Notes: generated by a model not told the origin, from the sequence alone. 63,315 nucleotides of DNA from Nemertoderma westbladi (GCA_032718475.1 JAUCBJ010006542.1:1-63315); one strand, 5' to 3'; counted from the first letter of the stretch, positions 1-10,098 are shown. Numbers and translations are program-made.

Positions 1-282
1 GTCAAAAAACATATGTTTGTTTGTCTGCATTGTTTGTATGTATTTTTGTGCACGTTGATATTGGCTTGGAAGGGAACGTGCTTGGTGGTCAACTATACAA
101 ATAAATGTATCGATTATTTGGGTTCTTATTTCGGTTATTAAAAACGGGTAAAATTAAGTTCACGCTGTATAAAACTAGCACAGTTCGATTCGCTGTGTCC
201 CATTCTTATTTTATTCGAGTGTTTATTATAAAGATGTATTATTTATTGATTAAAAATTAAATAGTATAAATATGTAATATTC

Positions 283-510
283 TCTCAAGCAGCCTCGAAT
301 CTGCCTATGTGGGGCGAGCCACAAGAGTACGCGAGCTTAGCATACGGGTACCTTTAACTCAACCGGTGTGTCTGTTGATCTGTTTTTCTGTCGCGTCCAA
401 TTTTTAAACGTTAATAACTCCGTCAATCCTCTATGAAATATCTAACCAAACTTGGTGCACATATTGTTTGGTAAAAGTTTAGATATTTTTCAAGTAGAAT
501 TTGCGTGTTG
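283..510 (+). mobile_element. Possible degenerate Helentron-associated (HINE/DINE-1-like) non-autonomous element fragment
   Basis: A degenerate (TCTG)-type tract (tgtgtctgttgatctgt) is followed by aataactccgtcaat and accaaacttggtgcacat, an arrangement resembling HINE/DINE-1 cores. Termini were not resolved. Confidence 0.3.
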
Positions 511-939
511 CCTTCGTTCGACAAGGTAAGATAAAGTTAAAGATAAAGATAAAGTTTATTAAGTATAAGATTTTAATAATTAGACTTAAACATAAGGGGG
601 CCGATACAGCTGTAATCACCATTCCCCATTCCATTATAGTCTTTGATTAGTTCAAGTACTTTGCTTTAAGAAATGTGTTTTCAATTAACTGATATATATA
701 TAAACTGTAATTAACTTATTATTAAAATTCCCCTTCTCCACGCATACTTCACATATATGCACCCTCATTCCAGGGCGTGCTTGCTATTGCCTGGCTGGTA
801 ATCAGTACACCTCACCACTATAGTACTACAGTAGGTATATATATATGTTATAGCATATTATGATAATGCTCTCTATAGTGAAAAATATCAACTGAAAATG
901 AAAAATATGATAGCCCACTCCAAAGTGAATAAATCTTCT

Positions 940-1038
940 ACCGCCCTGGTAGCTCAGTGGTCTTAGGACACACACTCGGCTGATGATAACCGAAAGTTTG
1001 AAACCTAGGTACCGAGTTCGAGCCCCAATAGGGGCGGT
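940..1038 (+). promoter_or_regulatory. tRNA-like scaffold with Pol III A-box and B-box
   Basis: A-box tagctcagtgg (950-960) and B-box-like gagttcgagcc (1014-1024). An acceptor-like stem forms between accgccct (940-947) and ggggcggt (1031-1038). Confidence 0.6.
974..1017 (+). ncRNA. Type I minimal hammerhead ribozyme motif
   Basis: Stem I actcgg (974-979) pairs with ccgagt (1012-1017). Core CUGAUGA is at 980-986, an imperfect stem II at 987-999, GAAA at 1000-1003 and a palindromic stem III acctaggt at 1003-1010. The GUA cleavage triplet is at 1009-1011. Confidence 0.75.
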
Positions 1039-1354
1039 TGATATTTTTCACTATAGAGAGCATTATCATAATATGCTATAACATATATATTTATTCACCG
1101 TCACCCTCCCCACAACAATTCATTTACAGTAGGTATATGGGTAAATATATATGTAGCACACGCAGTGTAAGAGGAGCCAGACTAATAAGACAGCTTGCTT
1201 ATTGTCTGATTATATGATTGGCTGAGTATTTAATCGTGATTCTTTATAGAATAATTAGCTAAATAATTTCGTTGAGGCATTGACATGATAAATTAATATT
1301 TCAGTATCAATACTGTATCTAAAGGGACATCTCGTCAATTTTTTTTTACATAAA

Positions 1355-2949
1355 AAGTCGGGATCCCGAGATAATAACTCGGGATCCCGAGATAATAAGT
1401 CGGGGTCCCGAGATAATAAGTCGGGATCCCGAGATAATAAGTCGGGATCCCGAGATAATAAGTCGGGATCCCGAGATAATAAGTCAGGATCCCGAGATAA
1501 TAAGTCGGGGTCCCGAGATAGTAACTCGGGATCCCGAGATAATAAGTCGGGATCCCGAGATAATAAGTCGGGATCCCGAGATAATAAGTCAGGATCCCGA
1601 GATAATAAGTCGGGATCCCGAGATAATAACTCGGGATCCCGAGATAATAACTCGGGATCCCGAGATAATAAGTCGGGATCCCGAGATAATAAGTCAGGAT
1701 CCCGAGATAATAAGTCGGGATCCCGAGATAATAAGTCGGGATCCCGAGATAATAACTCGGGATCCCGAGATAATAAGTCAGGATCCCGAGATAATAAGTC
1801 GGGATCCCGAGATAATAACTCGGGATCCCGAGATAATAACTCGGGATCCCGAGATAATAAGTCAGGATCCCGAGATAATAAGTCGGGATCCCGAGATAAT
1901 AACTCGGGATCCCGAGATAATAAGTCGGGATCCCGAGATAATAAGTCGGGATCCCGAGATAATAAGTCGGGATCCCGAGATAATAACTCGGGATCCCGAG
2001 ATAATAACTCGGGATCCCGAGATAATAAGTCGGGATCCCGAGATAATAACTCGGGATCCCGAGATAATAACTCGGGATCCCGAGATAATAAGTCAGGATC
2101 CCGAGATAATAAGTCGGGATCCCGAGATAATAACTCGGGATCCCGAGATAATAACTCGGGATCCCGAGATAATAAGTCGGGATCCCGAGATAATAAGTCG
2201 GGATCCCGAGATAATAAGTCGGGATCCCGAGATAATAAGTCAGGATCCCGAGATAATAAGTCGGGATCCCGAGATAATAACTCGGGATCCCGAGATAATA
2301 AGTCGGGATCCCGAGATAATAAGTCAGGATCCCGAGATAATAAGTCGGGATCCCGAGATAATAACTCGGGATCCCGAGATAATAAGTCGGGATCCCGGAT
2401 AATAAGTCGGGGTCCCGAGATAATAAGTCGAGATCCCGAGATAATAAGTCGGGGTCCCGAGATAGTAACTCGGGATCCCGAGATAATAAGTCGGATCCCG
2501 AGATAATAAGTCAGGATCCCGAGATAATAAGTCGGGATCCCGAGATAATAACTCGGGATCCCGAGATAATAAGTCGGGGTCCCGAGATAGTAACTCGGGA
2601 TCCCGAGATAATAAGTCAGGATCCCGAGATAATAAGTCGGGATCCCGAGATAATAACTCGGGATCCCGAGATAATAAGTCGGGGTCCCGTGATAATAAGT
2701 CGGGATCCCGAGATAATAAGTCGGTTTCCCGAGATAATAAGTCGGGATCCCGAGATAATAAGTCAGGATCCCGAGATAATAAGTCGGGATCCCGAGATAA
2801 TAACTCGGGATCCCGAGATAATAAGTCGGGGTCCCGAGATAATAAGTCGAGATCCCGAGATACTAAGTCGGGGTCCCGAGATAGTAACTCGGGATCCCGA
2901 GATAATAAGTCGGGATCCCGAGATAGTAAGTCGGGGTCCCGAGTCGGGG
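1355..2949. repeat. 21-bp palindromic minisatellite, about 75 copies (aagtcgggatcccgagataat)
   Basis: Directly visible tandem array. Each unit carries the dyad tcgggatcccga (BamHI core). Variants include aactcggg, gtcagg and ggggtccc, and single-base-deleted units occur near 2397 and 2492. Confidence 0.98.
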
Positions 2950-3964
2950 ACTTTTTTATCATAGGTCTTCGAAAATTAGTAAAAGCTGGTTGATTTACTT
3001 TACTTTCATCTTCCTCATTACCCAACTGTTTCTTAATTTTATTCAATTGTTCATTAATTTTCAGTAATTTACTTTTATTTCCCAGAACCTGTCTTAATAT
3101 CTCTTCTCTATTTTCCTCCTTTTCTTCCATTTGTTTAATAAATTTCCGCATTTGATTTTTGTTTCCTAATATTTGTCTCAATATCTCTTCTTTATTTTCA
3201 TCATTCTCTTCTAAATGTTTAATAAATTTCTGTAATTTAATTTTACTTCCTAGAACTTGGGTCAATGTCGCCTCTTTATTTTCTTCATTTTCCTTCAAAT
3301 GTTTAATAATTTTCCGCAATTGATTCTTATTTCCAAGTAATTGCCTCTTTATTTCCTCATTATCATCATTTTCATCCTCTTCTCCGCTTTCCTGATCTTC
3401 ACTTTCTTCACCCTCTTTCTGACCTTCACTTTCTTCATCCTCTTCCCCGCCTTCACTTTCTTCATCCTCTTCCTGTTCTTCACTTTCTTCATCCTCTTCC
3501 TGTTCTTCACTTTCTTCATTCTCTTCCTGACCTTCGCTATCTTCACCCTCTTCTTGACCTTCACTTTCTTCATCCTCTTCCTGATCTTCACTTTCTTCGT
3601 TCTCAACTTCACTCTCTTCAACTTCATCCTGACCCTCACTATTTTCATTCTCCATCTCATCATCCTCTTCTTCTCCATCTTTCTCACTCAAATTTTCCTC
3701 ATTTTCTAGGGGTAACTGTTTTTGTATCCCTTTCAAAATATTCATAACTTTATGAAATTTATTTTCCATTGTCTGTTTTATATTTAATATATCACGCTCA
3801 TCTCTCTTTTTCTTTTCATCTTCACTAAAAATATCTTCGGATTTTTTAAATTTTTTTGGTAACGGAGCCATTAGTTTTTCCTTTCTATGTGTTTCCATAT
3901 GACGAGATAAATTGTCTTGTCTCATTTCTTTATTACAAACCAAACAACTTTCATGTCTATGCAT
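2324..3964 (-). CDS. Orphan protein: N-terminal C2H2-like zinc finger, Glu/Asp-rich 9-aa repeats, about 23-aa coiled-coil repeats, reading into the 21-bp minisatellite (SRDPDLL)n
   Basis: ATG at 3964 with about 340 open non-satellite codons in AT-rich DNA. Motif CLVC-x11-H-x3-H, EEDEESEEQ repeats and EEILRQ(V/I)LGNK repeats are visible, and a promoter lies upstream. The true C-terminus is uncertain because the satellite interrupts or extends it. Confidence 0.55.
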   Translation of the reverse strand: MHRHESCLVCNKEMRQDNLSRHMETHRKEKLMAPLPKKFKKSEDIFSEDEKKKRDERDILNIKQTMENKFHKVMNILKGIQKQLPLENEENLSEKDGEEEDDEMENENSEGQDEVEESEVENEESEDQEEDEESEGQEEGEDSEGQEENEESEEQEEDEESEEQEEDEESEGGEEDEESEGQKEGEESEDQESGEEDENDDNEEIKRQLLGNKNQLRKIIKHLKENEENKEATLTQVLGSKIKLQKFIKHLEENDENKEEILRQILGNKNQMRKFIKQMEEKEENREEILRQVLGNKSKLLKINEQLNKIKKQLGNEEDESKVNQPAFTNFRRPMIKKSPTRDPDLLSRDPDLLSRDPELLSRDPDLVSRDLDLLSRDPDLLSRDPELLSRDPDLLSRDPDLLSRDPDLLSRETDLLSRDPDLLSRDPDLLSRDPELLSRDPDLLSRDPDLLSRDPELLSRDPDLLSRDPELLSRDPDLLSRDPDLLSRDPTYYLGIPSYYLGTPTYYLGISTYYLGTPTYYPGSRLIISGSRVIISGSRLIISGS

Positions 3965-4077
3965 TATATAGCAATGTCAATTGATATTATTGAATTTTAG
4001 CTAAATGATTTTACAAAATTTTAAATAAATAAAACTTTTATGAAAATAAATAAAACTTTTTAATATAAAACTTAGAG

Positions 4078-4202
4078 AATGACTGGGAATGCGTTGAACG
4101 GGGGCTATTATAGAGGGAGGCTAGAATGGATTATCCAATCAGAGTGCGAGGGTGAGTTAGGCAGCCAATCAGGACTCGAGGGAGGAAAGTTAGACAGCCA
4201 AT
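4078..4202 (-). promoter_or_regulatory. Pol II promoter-like region: three CCAAT boxes, TATA and CAGT initiator facing the orphan ORF
   Basis: CCAAT at 4135, 4165 and 4198 (30 and 33 bp spacing). Minus-strand TATAATA at 4112-4106, and minus-strand CAGT at 4085-4082, about 28 nt downstream of TATA and about 120 nt upstream of the ATG. Confidence 0.55.
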
Positions 4203-4419
4203 GAGAGAGCAGATGCGAGTACAGTGGTAAAGCGCCCGCCCATCCATGGTGAGATAACGTCACACTAACTCTCAAGGATAGTTATACTCACCATTCAAAT
4301 ATCCCTCGCAAACCAGATTCCCCCCAGCATCTAAAGTATTCCACTTCAATGCAAAATATATAGAGCTTTAGTTGGATTTGAACCTGTGCTTGTAAACTCT
4401 TTTGTGCTCGTATATTGAA

Positions 4420-4719
4420 GTGAGGCATAGACTATGCCTCACTGAGGCATAGTCTATGCCTCGAGGCATAGTCTATGCCTCAGTGAGGCAGAGTCTATGC
4501 CTCAGTGCCTCGTGAGGCACTGCAGTGAGGCATAGTCTATGCCTCAGTGAGTCATAGTCCCTAGTGCCTCAGTGAGGCATAGTCTATGCCTCAGTGAGGC
4601 ATAGTCTATGCCTCAGTGCCTCAGTGAGGCATAGTCTATGCCTCAGTGCCTCAGTGAGGCATAGTCTATGCCTCAGTGAGTCATAGTCTATGCCTCAGTG
4701 CCTCAGTGAGGCATAGTCT
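4420..4719. repeat. Tandem array of palindromes tgaggcatag(t/a)ctatgcctca
   Basis: About ten full or partial copies of a 21-bp dyad, joined by g or gtgcctcag linkers. Confidence 0.92.
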
Positions 4720-4785
4720 GTGTCAGGTCTTAAATGAGAGTCTTACAAATTCGAACGTCAACGAACAAATTCGAAGGTTACTGTT

Positions 4786-4860
4786 CCACCTTGGTGTAGT
4801 GGTTGCGTTGAATTCACATCTCCCGTATGTCATGGGTTCGATCCCTGCATGAACCAGGGC
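4786..4860 (+). mobile_element. tRNA-derived SINE head (degenerate)
   Basis: A-box tggtgtagtgg (4792-4802) and B-box ggttcgatccc (4835-4845). No convincing cloverleaf or anticodon stem. Confidence 0.45.
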
Positions 4861-5516
4861 AGTTTTCGTTCGGTCAGCAATAGGCCTAACGTTGCAAAAT
4901 GCAGTATTATTGCCTAGTAACCAATTCATGGCTACCGTATGGTTTTCACTTTGAGACATTTCGCCCTCTAGCGGCAGACTGGGGAACTTCAGACTACTCT
5001 GTGACTCTGCAAAAGATATAGCCCATATTGTAATAGATACCGATTGGGGGGTCAAAATTAAGTAATAATATATCTAAATAAGTCTCTAAATAAGGGAGGG
5101 GGCGGGGTATTCACCTAAAATTATTTTATCCCCCCCCCTTTCGGGAACGTCGCTGCCCCTGGCATGCTGGCTGGAATGTTAAGTGAGTCTCAGTAAATCA
5201 AATGGTTGTTGGGATGGGTTGTCTGTTGTGAACTTAGAACTGGTTGATCATCATGACATGACATGAACTCTGCTTTCCAGGAAGGGGATATGCAGCATGC
5301 ATCTGCATGGTAGGCCTATCTGCAATTCTGGCTTTATACTTACAGTTGAAGGCCTATGGGCAGTATGGGCTGACGACCGGTACCGGTACCGGTAACCTGT
5401 AACATACAGTTCAGTAATTTGCAGTTACATATAGGCCTAGCTGTATAGCTGTACCGACATATTATGTACATTCTGCTAGCAATGCTATTAGTGCAGGTAG
5501 CATAATTATATGAATT

Positions 5517-6569
5517 ATGCTGAACCTACTGGCACCTAACGACACCAACTGTTCGGACGGCGACCCTTGGTTATTCGCGGTATTCGGACAATGTGTACGT
5601 ACCCCGTCCGAATACGTCGCCATTAGTAACGGCATCCTCTCCATGGTCTGTTTCCTCGTGGTCACTATCCCCCAGCTCTACACCAGCTGCGTGGAGAGGA
5701 ACGCAGATGTGGCGCTCTCAGCGGGTTTTCTGTTATTCTGGTTGCTAGGGGACGTTAGCAACGCGGTGGGCTGCGGTCTGTCTGACCAACTTCCCATACA
5801 GATGTGGTCCGCGGGTTTATTCCTTCTATTCGACGTCGCCCTTATAGGGCAATTCCTTTACTTTAAAGCGGTAAATAAACAGAAACGAGCTTTGGAACTT
5901 ACTGAAACTAGTAGCTATACTGCCTCTACCGGTACACCGCCTATCGGTAGTCCCACACGCGGTACCGGTAGCCCACCTATCAGTTCCGCTACCGACACCG
6001 CCGCTGCGGGTACCATTAACCGACTAGCAAGTCTGTTTTTTATCATCTCTATATTCTACGGGTTTAACGGTTTATTATCCTCCGATTCTTCGATTAACGA
6101 ATCGCCGACCGGTAGACAATTATTGTCCGCCGCTGACCCGCAACCCTTAACCCTGGAGCCAGACACCCTCGGTCCCCTGGGCAGCCGGGGTAGCGTATTT
6201 TACGACACTTCTGATGCGACCGGGTACGGCCTCGGTTTGATCTCCGCCCTCTCCTATCTCACCTCTCGGATCCCCCAACTGCTGCAGAACTACCGACGTC
6301 GTTCCGTCGAAGGCGTCTCCATGATGATGTTCCTGATTACAATCGTTGCCAACGTTACCTACGGGCTCAGCATCCTATTGGTCAGCGTTGAAGGGGTCTT
6401 CCTGTTGCGCCATCTGCCCTGGTTGATAGGAAGCTTGGGTACCCTGTTCCTTGATTTCTTTATGATGTACCAATTCTATGTGTATCGCTACCGCGGCCAA
6501 TGTTGTCTTTGTTGCCTTGACAACCCGTACAACCGATGGTTTGTTAATGGCCAACCTATTAATGTTTAA
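5517..6569 (+). CDS. SLC66A1: Lysosomal amino acid transporter 1 homolog (PQ-loop repeat protein, PQLC2/LAAT-1), single-exon CDS
   Basis: N-terminal C-x2-G-x2-W...FGQCV, first PQ loop (CFLVVTIPQLY) and LLFWLLGDVSN. Second PQ loop YLTSRIPQLLQNYRRRSVEGVS, then NVTYGLS and LPWLIGSLGTLFLD. The hydrophobic pattern fits a 7-TM PQ-loop transporter. Confidence 0.92.
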   Translation: MLNLLAPNDTNCSDGDPWLFAVFGQCVRTPSEYVAISNGILSMVCFLVVTIPQLYTSCVERNADVALSAGFLLFWLLGDVSNAVGCGLSDQLPIQMWSAGLFLLFDVALIGQFLYFKAVNKQKRALELTETSSYTASTGTPPIGSPTRGTGSPPISSATDTAAAGTINRLASLFFIISIFYGFNGLLSSDSSINESPTGRQLLSAADPQPLTLEPDTLGPLGSRGSVFYDTSDATGYGLGLISALSYLTSRIPQLLQNYRRRSVEGVSMMMFLITIVANVTYGLSILLVSVEGVFLLRHLPWLIGSLGTLFLDFFMMYQFYVYRYRGQCCLCCLDNPYNRWFVNGQPINV

Positions 6570-6844
6570 TATCCTTTCTTTTTAATCGGCATTATCTATT
6601 TATTACAGGTATTAATTGATTAGATAGTATTTTTTGTTCATATTTTCTATCTTTCAATCATATATTATGTATTCACAAAATGTATATTTATTAATATTAT
6701 TAATAATTAATTATGATGTTATTTTATGTTTATGTATAAATTAACTGTATGTAATGTAACTGTATAATACTGCACTCTTTTTTAAGGCACAAATATTGAC
6801 GAAAATTGAAAGAGTGTGTAACAAGCACCACAACAATTTGTGAA

Positions 6845-7600
6845 CGGCTACCAATTAAAGTCATACCAAAATCGATGAAAATTTCACCAAAAAAATTATA
6901 TTACACCAATTTAAATAATCTGACCCCAAAAAAAATTATTCCACACCAAATAAAAAAAGTCTCCCCAAATAAAATTATTCAAACACCTAAAACAATTATT
7001 CAATCGCCAAAAACAATTTTTCAGCACCAAAATAAATAAATGCTTGCTAAACCAATTATTCATTTCATTGCACTTTAAAGGAGCAGGTTTGTAAAGGAGC
7101 AGGTTACAGAGGCGTTTTGGGGGAACCAAAACAATAAACGAAAGTTAACATGTTACAAGATTATGCAGGTCTTTATAATTGGGTCTTTGTTTTGTACTCA
7201 TTCGAGGATTGTCATCGTCGGTATAATATAATTAAACATTTTGTTTGATTTATGGAAATAAATAATGAATGAATTTGTATAAATAAATTTTCCATAAAAT
7301 ATTTGGTGAGACTGGAAGAATTGTTTTTGGTTGACAAGTAGTTATTTTAGGGAGATTGAATAATTGATTTTGGGGAATGAATAATTGTTTTTGGGTGGGT
7401 GAATAATTCTTTTTGGGGAGGAATTATTGTTTTTGGGTGGGTGAATTATTGTTTTTGGGTGTGTGAATAATTGTTTTTGGCGAGAGAGATATTCAAAATT
7501 GGGGAATGCAAATTGGTGTTACAAAAAAATTATATGGTGCTAAATAATTTTTTGTGTGAAATCATCTAATTTGGGGTGGCATTCAATTAGTGGCGATTGT
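6845..7600. mobile_element. Degenerate foldback/MITE-like element with long imperfect inverted arms built from about 21-bp subrepeats
   Basis: The left arm (about 6845-7068; caccaaaaaaattat, aaaacaattattcaatc) mirrors the right arm (about 7260-7600; gaataattgtttttggg, ataattttttgtgtgaaat). The centre (7077-7157) carries the aggagcaggttacag...aaccaaaacaataaac core. Confidence 0.55.
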
Positions 7601-8865
7601 GAACCCGCTAAATTTCTTATAAAAACATCGTCGTTGTTATTTTTAGATTGTGTTATTATAATTTTGTGGCATCGCATCTATTTCCCCCTTTATAAATAAT
7701 TATAGAGTAAATATTTCGTTTATTTGAATAAACCGCATTTTTTCAACCCATTTTCATTACTTATCTGCGACTGTGTGGGTGGTTATTGTTCCAGACATAG
7801 AAACCCACCCAGCACGAGGTTACCCGTGCGCGTCATGGATGGACTGTTAAATAAAGTTTGTGGGGTCAACCGTCAACTACATAGTTTTGTATGCGATATG
7901 TTGCATAAAAATGGATATAATTTAGTCTAGTGTTTGAAATAGTATTACACTGGCAAAATGGAGGATATCGAATTTTAATGCAAATATTAGAGTTGAAACA
8001 GAGACTTGTAACTGATCTCTGTTCTCTGGATTCTCCGGGCTATTTTTTGGTCTCCGGATAGGTCTCTGGTTCCCGGGTATTGAAACAGGCATTTTACCCA
8101 GAGATCAGTGATTTGACAAATTAAAAATATATATTTATTTTGTACAAGATAAAATGATAAATAAAGACACAAATTTTTTTTACTTTATATAAAAATAATT
8201 ACGTTAATTTTTAACAATTTTTAATTCCCCGCTTTAACAAAATTACATAGCAACTTCTACCCTATTTTTAAGCATGACTCACACTAGATGAACCAATTAT
8301 CTTCTATATAATTTAAGGTGCGTTTCATTTTAAGTTAAATTTGCACCTAAAGAGGGTTCTTATTTAAGAATAAGTGTGCTTAATTTGAGCTCCCATAAAG
8401 TTTACATGTAAAAGTAAAGGCAGAGCTGTTTTCACCATTTTGTAGGCTATATATTACGGCGACCGAATGAAGAGAACGAGCATAACGAGACTTCAATAGG
8501 GTTGAGTATATAGTTCTGAAAATGTGAAATATAGTTCTGGGATTTTGCATACCTTAAAATTATGTTTTTTTTTATTTTGGCTTTTAGTTTTTGGTTTTAG
8601 CTTTTGAATATATTGTCATGTTCGTTTCACTATTTTTAGTGACCCCGACCCATCCCTAAAATACCCATGTTCCAAAGAAATTATCCTTTTAAATCAATAG
8701 CTATTAATCATTGTGATATAAAGCAATTCACGTTTATTATTTAAAAAAAAAATATTCTTTAACATTATTATTAGTTAATATATAAATCTCAGGTAGTTGC
8801 CCCAAGATATGGAAGTTAATTAAAGCTGTGCTAGACCACTAGGAGAGAGTGGTGGGATTCCATGT

Positions 8866-9376
8866 GGTACTGGGTGGTTGTAGTCGTTTTACTGGGTGTG
8901 GGTGCTCTACTAGGTGTTGAGAGTTGGAGTGAGTATTGTACTGGGCGCTGGTAGTGGGTGTTGTTCTGGGTGTTCGGAGTAGTTGTACTGGGTGTTGGAC
9001 TGGGAATGGAAGTTGAAGTAGGTGCTGGCAGTGGGAGTTTGTGCTGAACTGGGTACTGGGTGGGGGTGATTGTTGTATTAGGTGCTGGTAGTGGGTGTTG
9101 TTCTGGGTGTTCGGAGTAGTTGTACTGGGTGTTGGACTGGGAATGGAAGTTGAACTAGGTGCTGGCAGTGGGAGTTTGTGCTGAACTGGGTACTGGTAAT
9201 GATTGTTGTATTAGGTGCTGGGAGTGGGTGTTGTACTGGGTGCTGAGAGTGGGTGTTGAACTGGGAGTAGGTGTTATAGTAGGTGCTGGCAATAGTTGCA
9301 CTGGGTATTGAGAGTGGGTGTTGAACTGAGTGTGGGAGTTTCACTAGGTGCTGGTAATGGGAGTTGTACTAGGTGC
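8866..9376. repeat. Degenerate GT-rich minisatellite (gtgttgtactgggtgctgg-type units) with an internal 137-bp duplication
   Basis: Recurring gtactgggtg and gctggtagtggg motifs. The block beginning at 8947 is repeated at 9084. Confidence 0.8.
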
Positions 9377-10098
9377 ACGGTGCAGGGTCTACACTAATTT
9401 ACAAAAAATTATAAATTATATTATTAAATTGAACATTAAATTAAAACATTCAGAACAATTGCAGAGGGGATTTCGAAAAGGGTCTCTCAAATCAATAAAT
9501 AATTGTTCAACATGTGAGGCTGTAGTCCAATCCAATCTAATCCAAAACCTTTTCCTTTTTAATTTCAAAAGTGAAATTATACTAAGGGCCTGTCAATTTT
9601 AAAATTTTAAAAAAATTCTGACATGTCTAAATGACAATTTGAAAATAACATTGTGATATGTCATTAATGTCAATTTGAAAATGACATGCAGGCATGTATA
9701 AACGTTAATTTGAAAATTACATTACATTCTGACCTATCAAATTGTCAATATGTAAATTAAATATTCTGACATATCTAAATATCGAAAATGTCAATTAAAT
9801 TTTCTATATCAAAAGAGAAAATGAAAGTTTGCTCTCGAAAAAAACAGACAAGGGGGACTTTCGCACAATAATAATTCATACCACTCTAGGGGAAAATCAA
9901 CGAAAATAACAGCTTATTAATCCCAAATATAAAACTGTATCCTGTTCTGTTGACTTTCGTTTATTGTTTTGGTTAGAATTACGAGATACTAATTCGCCGA
10001 GATGGGATTGACCTGAACCGGAAAAAAGTGGTGTCCTATTTGGGTTGGGCTACTCTAGATATACATTATGTATCCTTTAAGTATTTATTAGATCCGCG

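Larger units (their letters stand above)
839..1124 (+). mobile_element. Short Penelope-like (pLTR)/retrozyme-type insertion with an inverted 5' duplication
   Basis: 839-892 is the exact reverse complement of 1037-1090 (54 bp). A 14-bp direct repeat tacagtaggtatat flanks the unit at 827-840 and 1125-1138. It contains a hammerhead motif and Pol III A/B boxes. Confidence 0.6.

Noticed and set aside
940-1038. Functional tRNA gene
   Set aside because: The anticodon arm is replaced by a hammerhead-like insert and the T-arm pairing is poor, so it is treated as a tRNA-derived cassette.
2689-3709. ORFs 2689-2964 (+), 3341-3709 (+, Phe-rich) and 3349-3687 (-, Lys/Arg-rich)
   Set aside because: They are antisense or alternative-frame shadows of the minisatellite and of the Glu-rich repeat region.
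4786-4860. Functional tRNA gene
   Set aside because: A and B boxes are present but there is no consistent acceptor or anticodon stem; a SINE head is more likely.
8866-9376. Telomeric or interstitial telomere repeat, or a mucin-like exon
   Set aside because: It is G/T-rich but has no fixed short telomeric unit, and the ORFs over it are short with no supported start or splice context.
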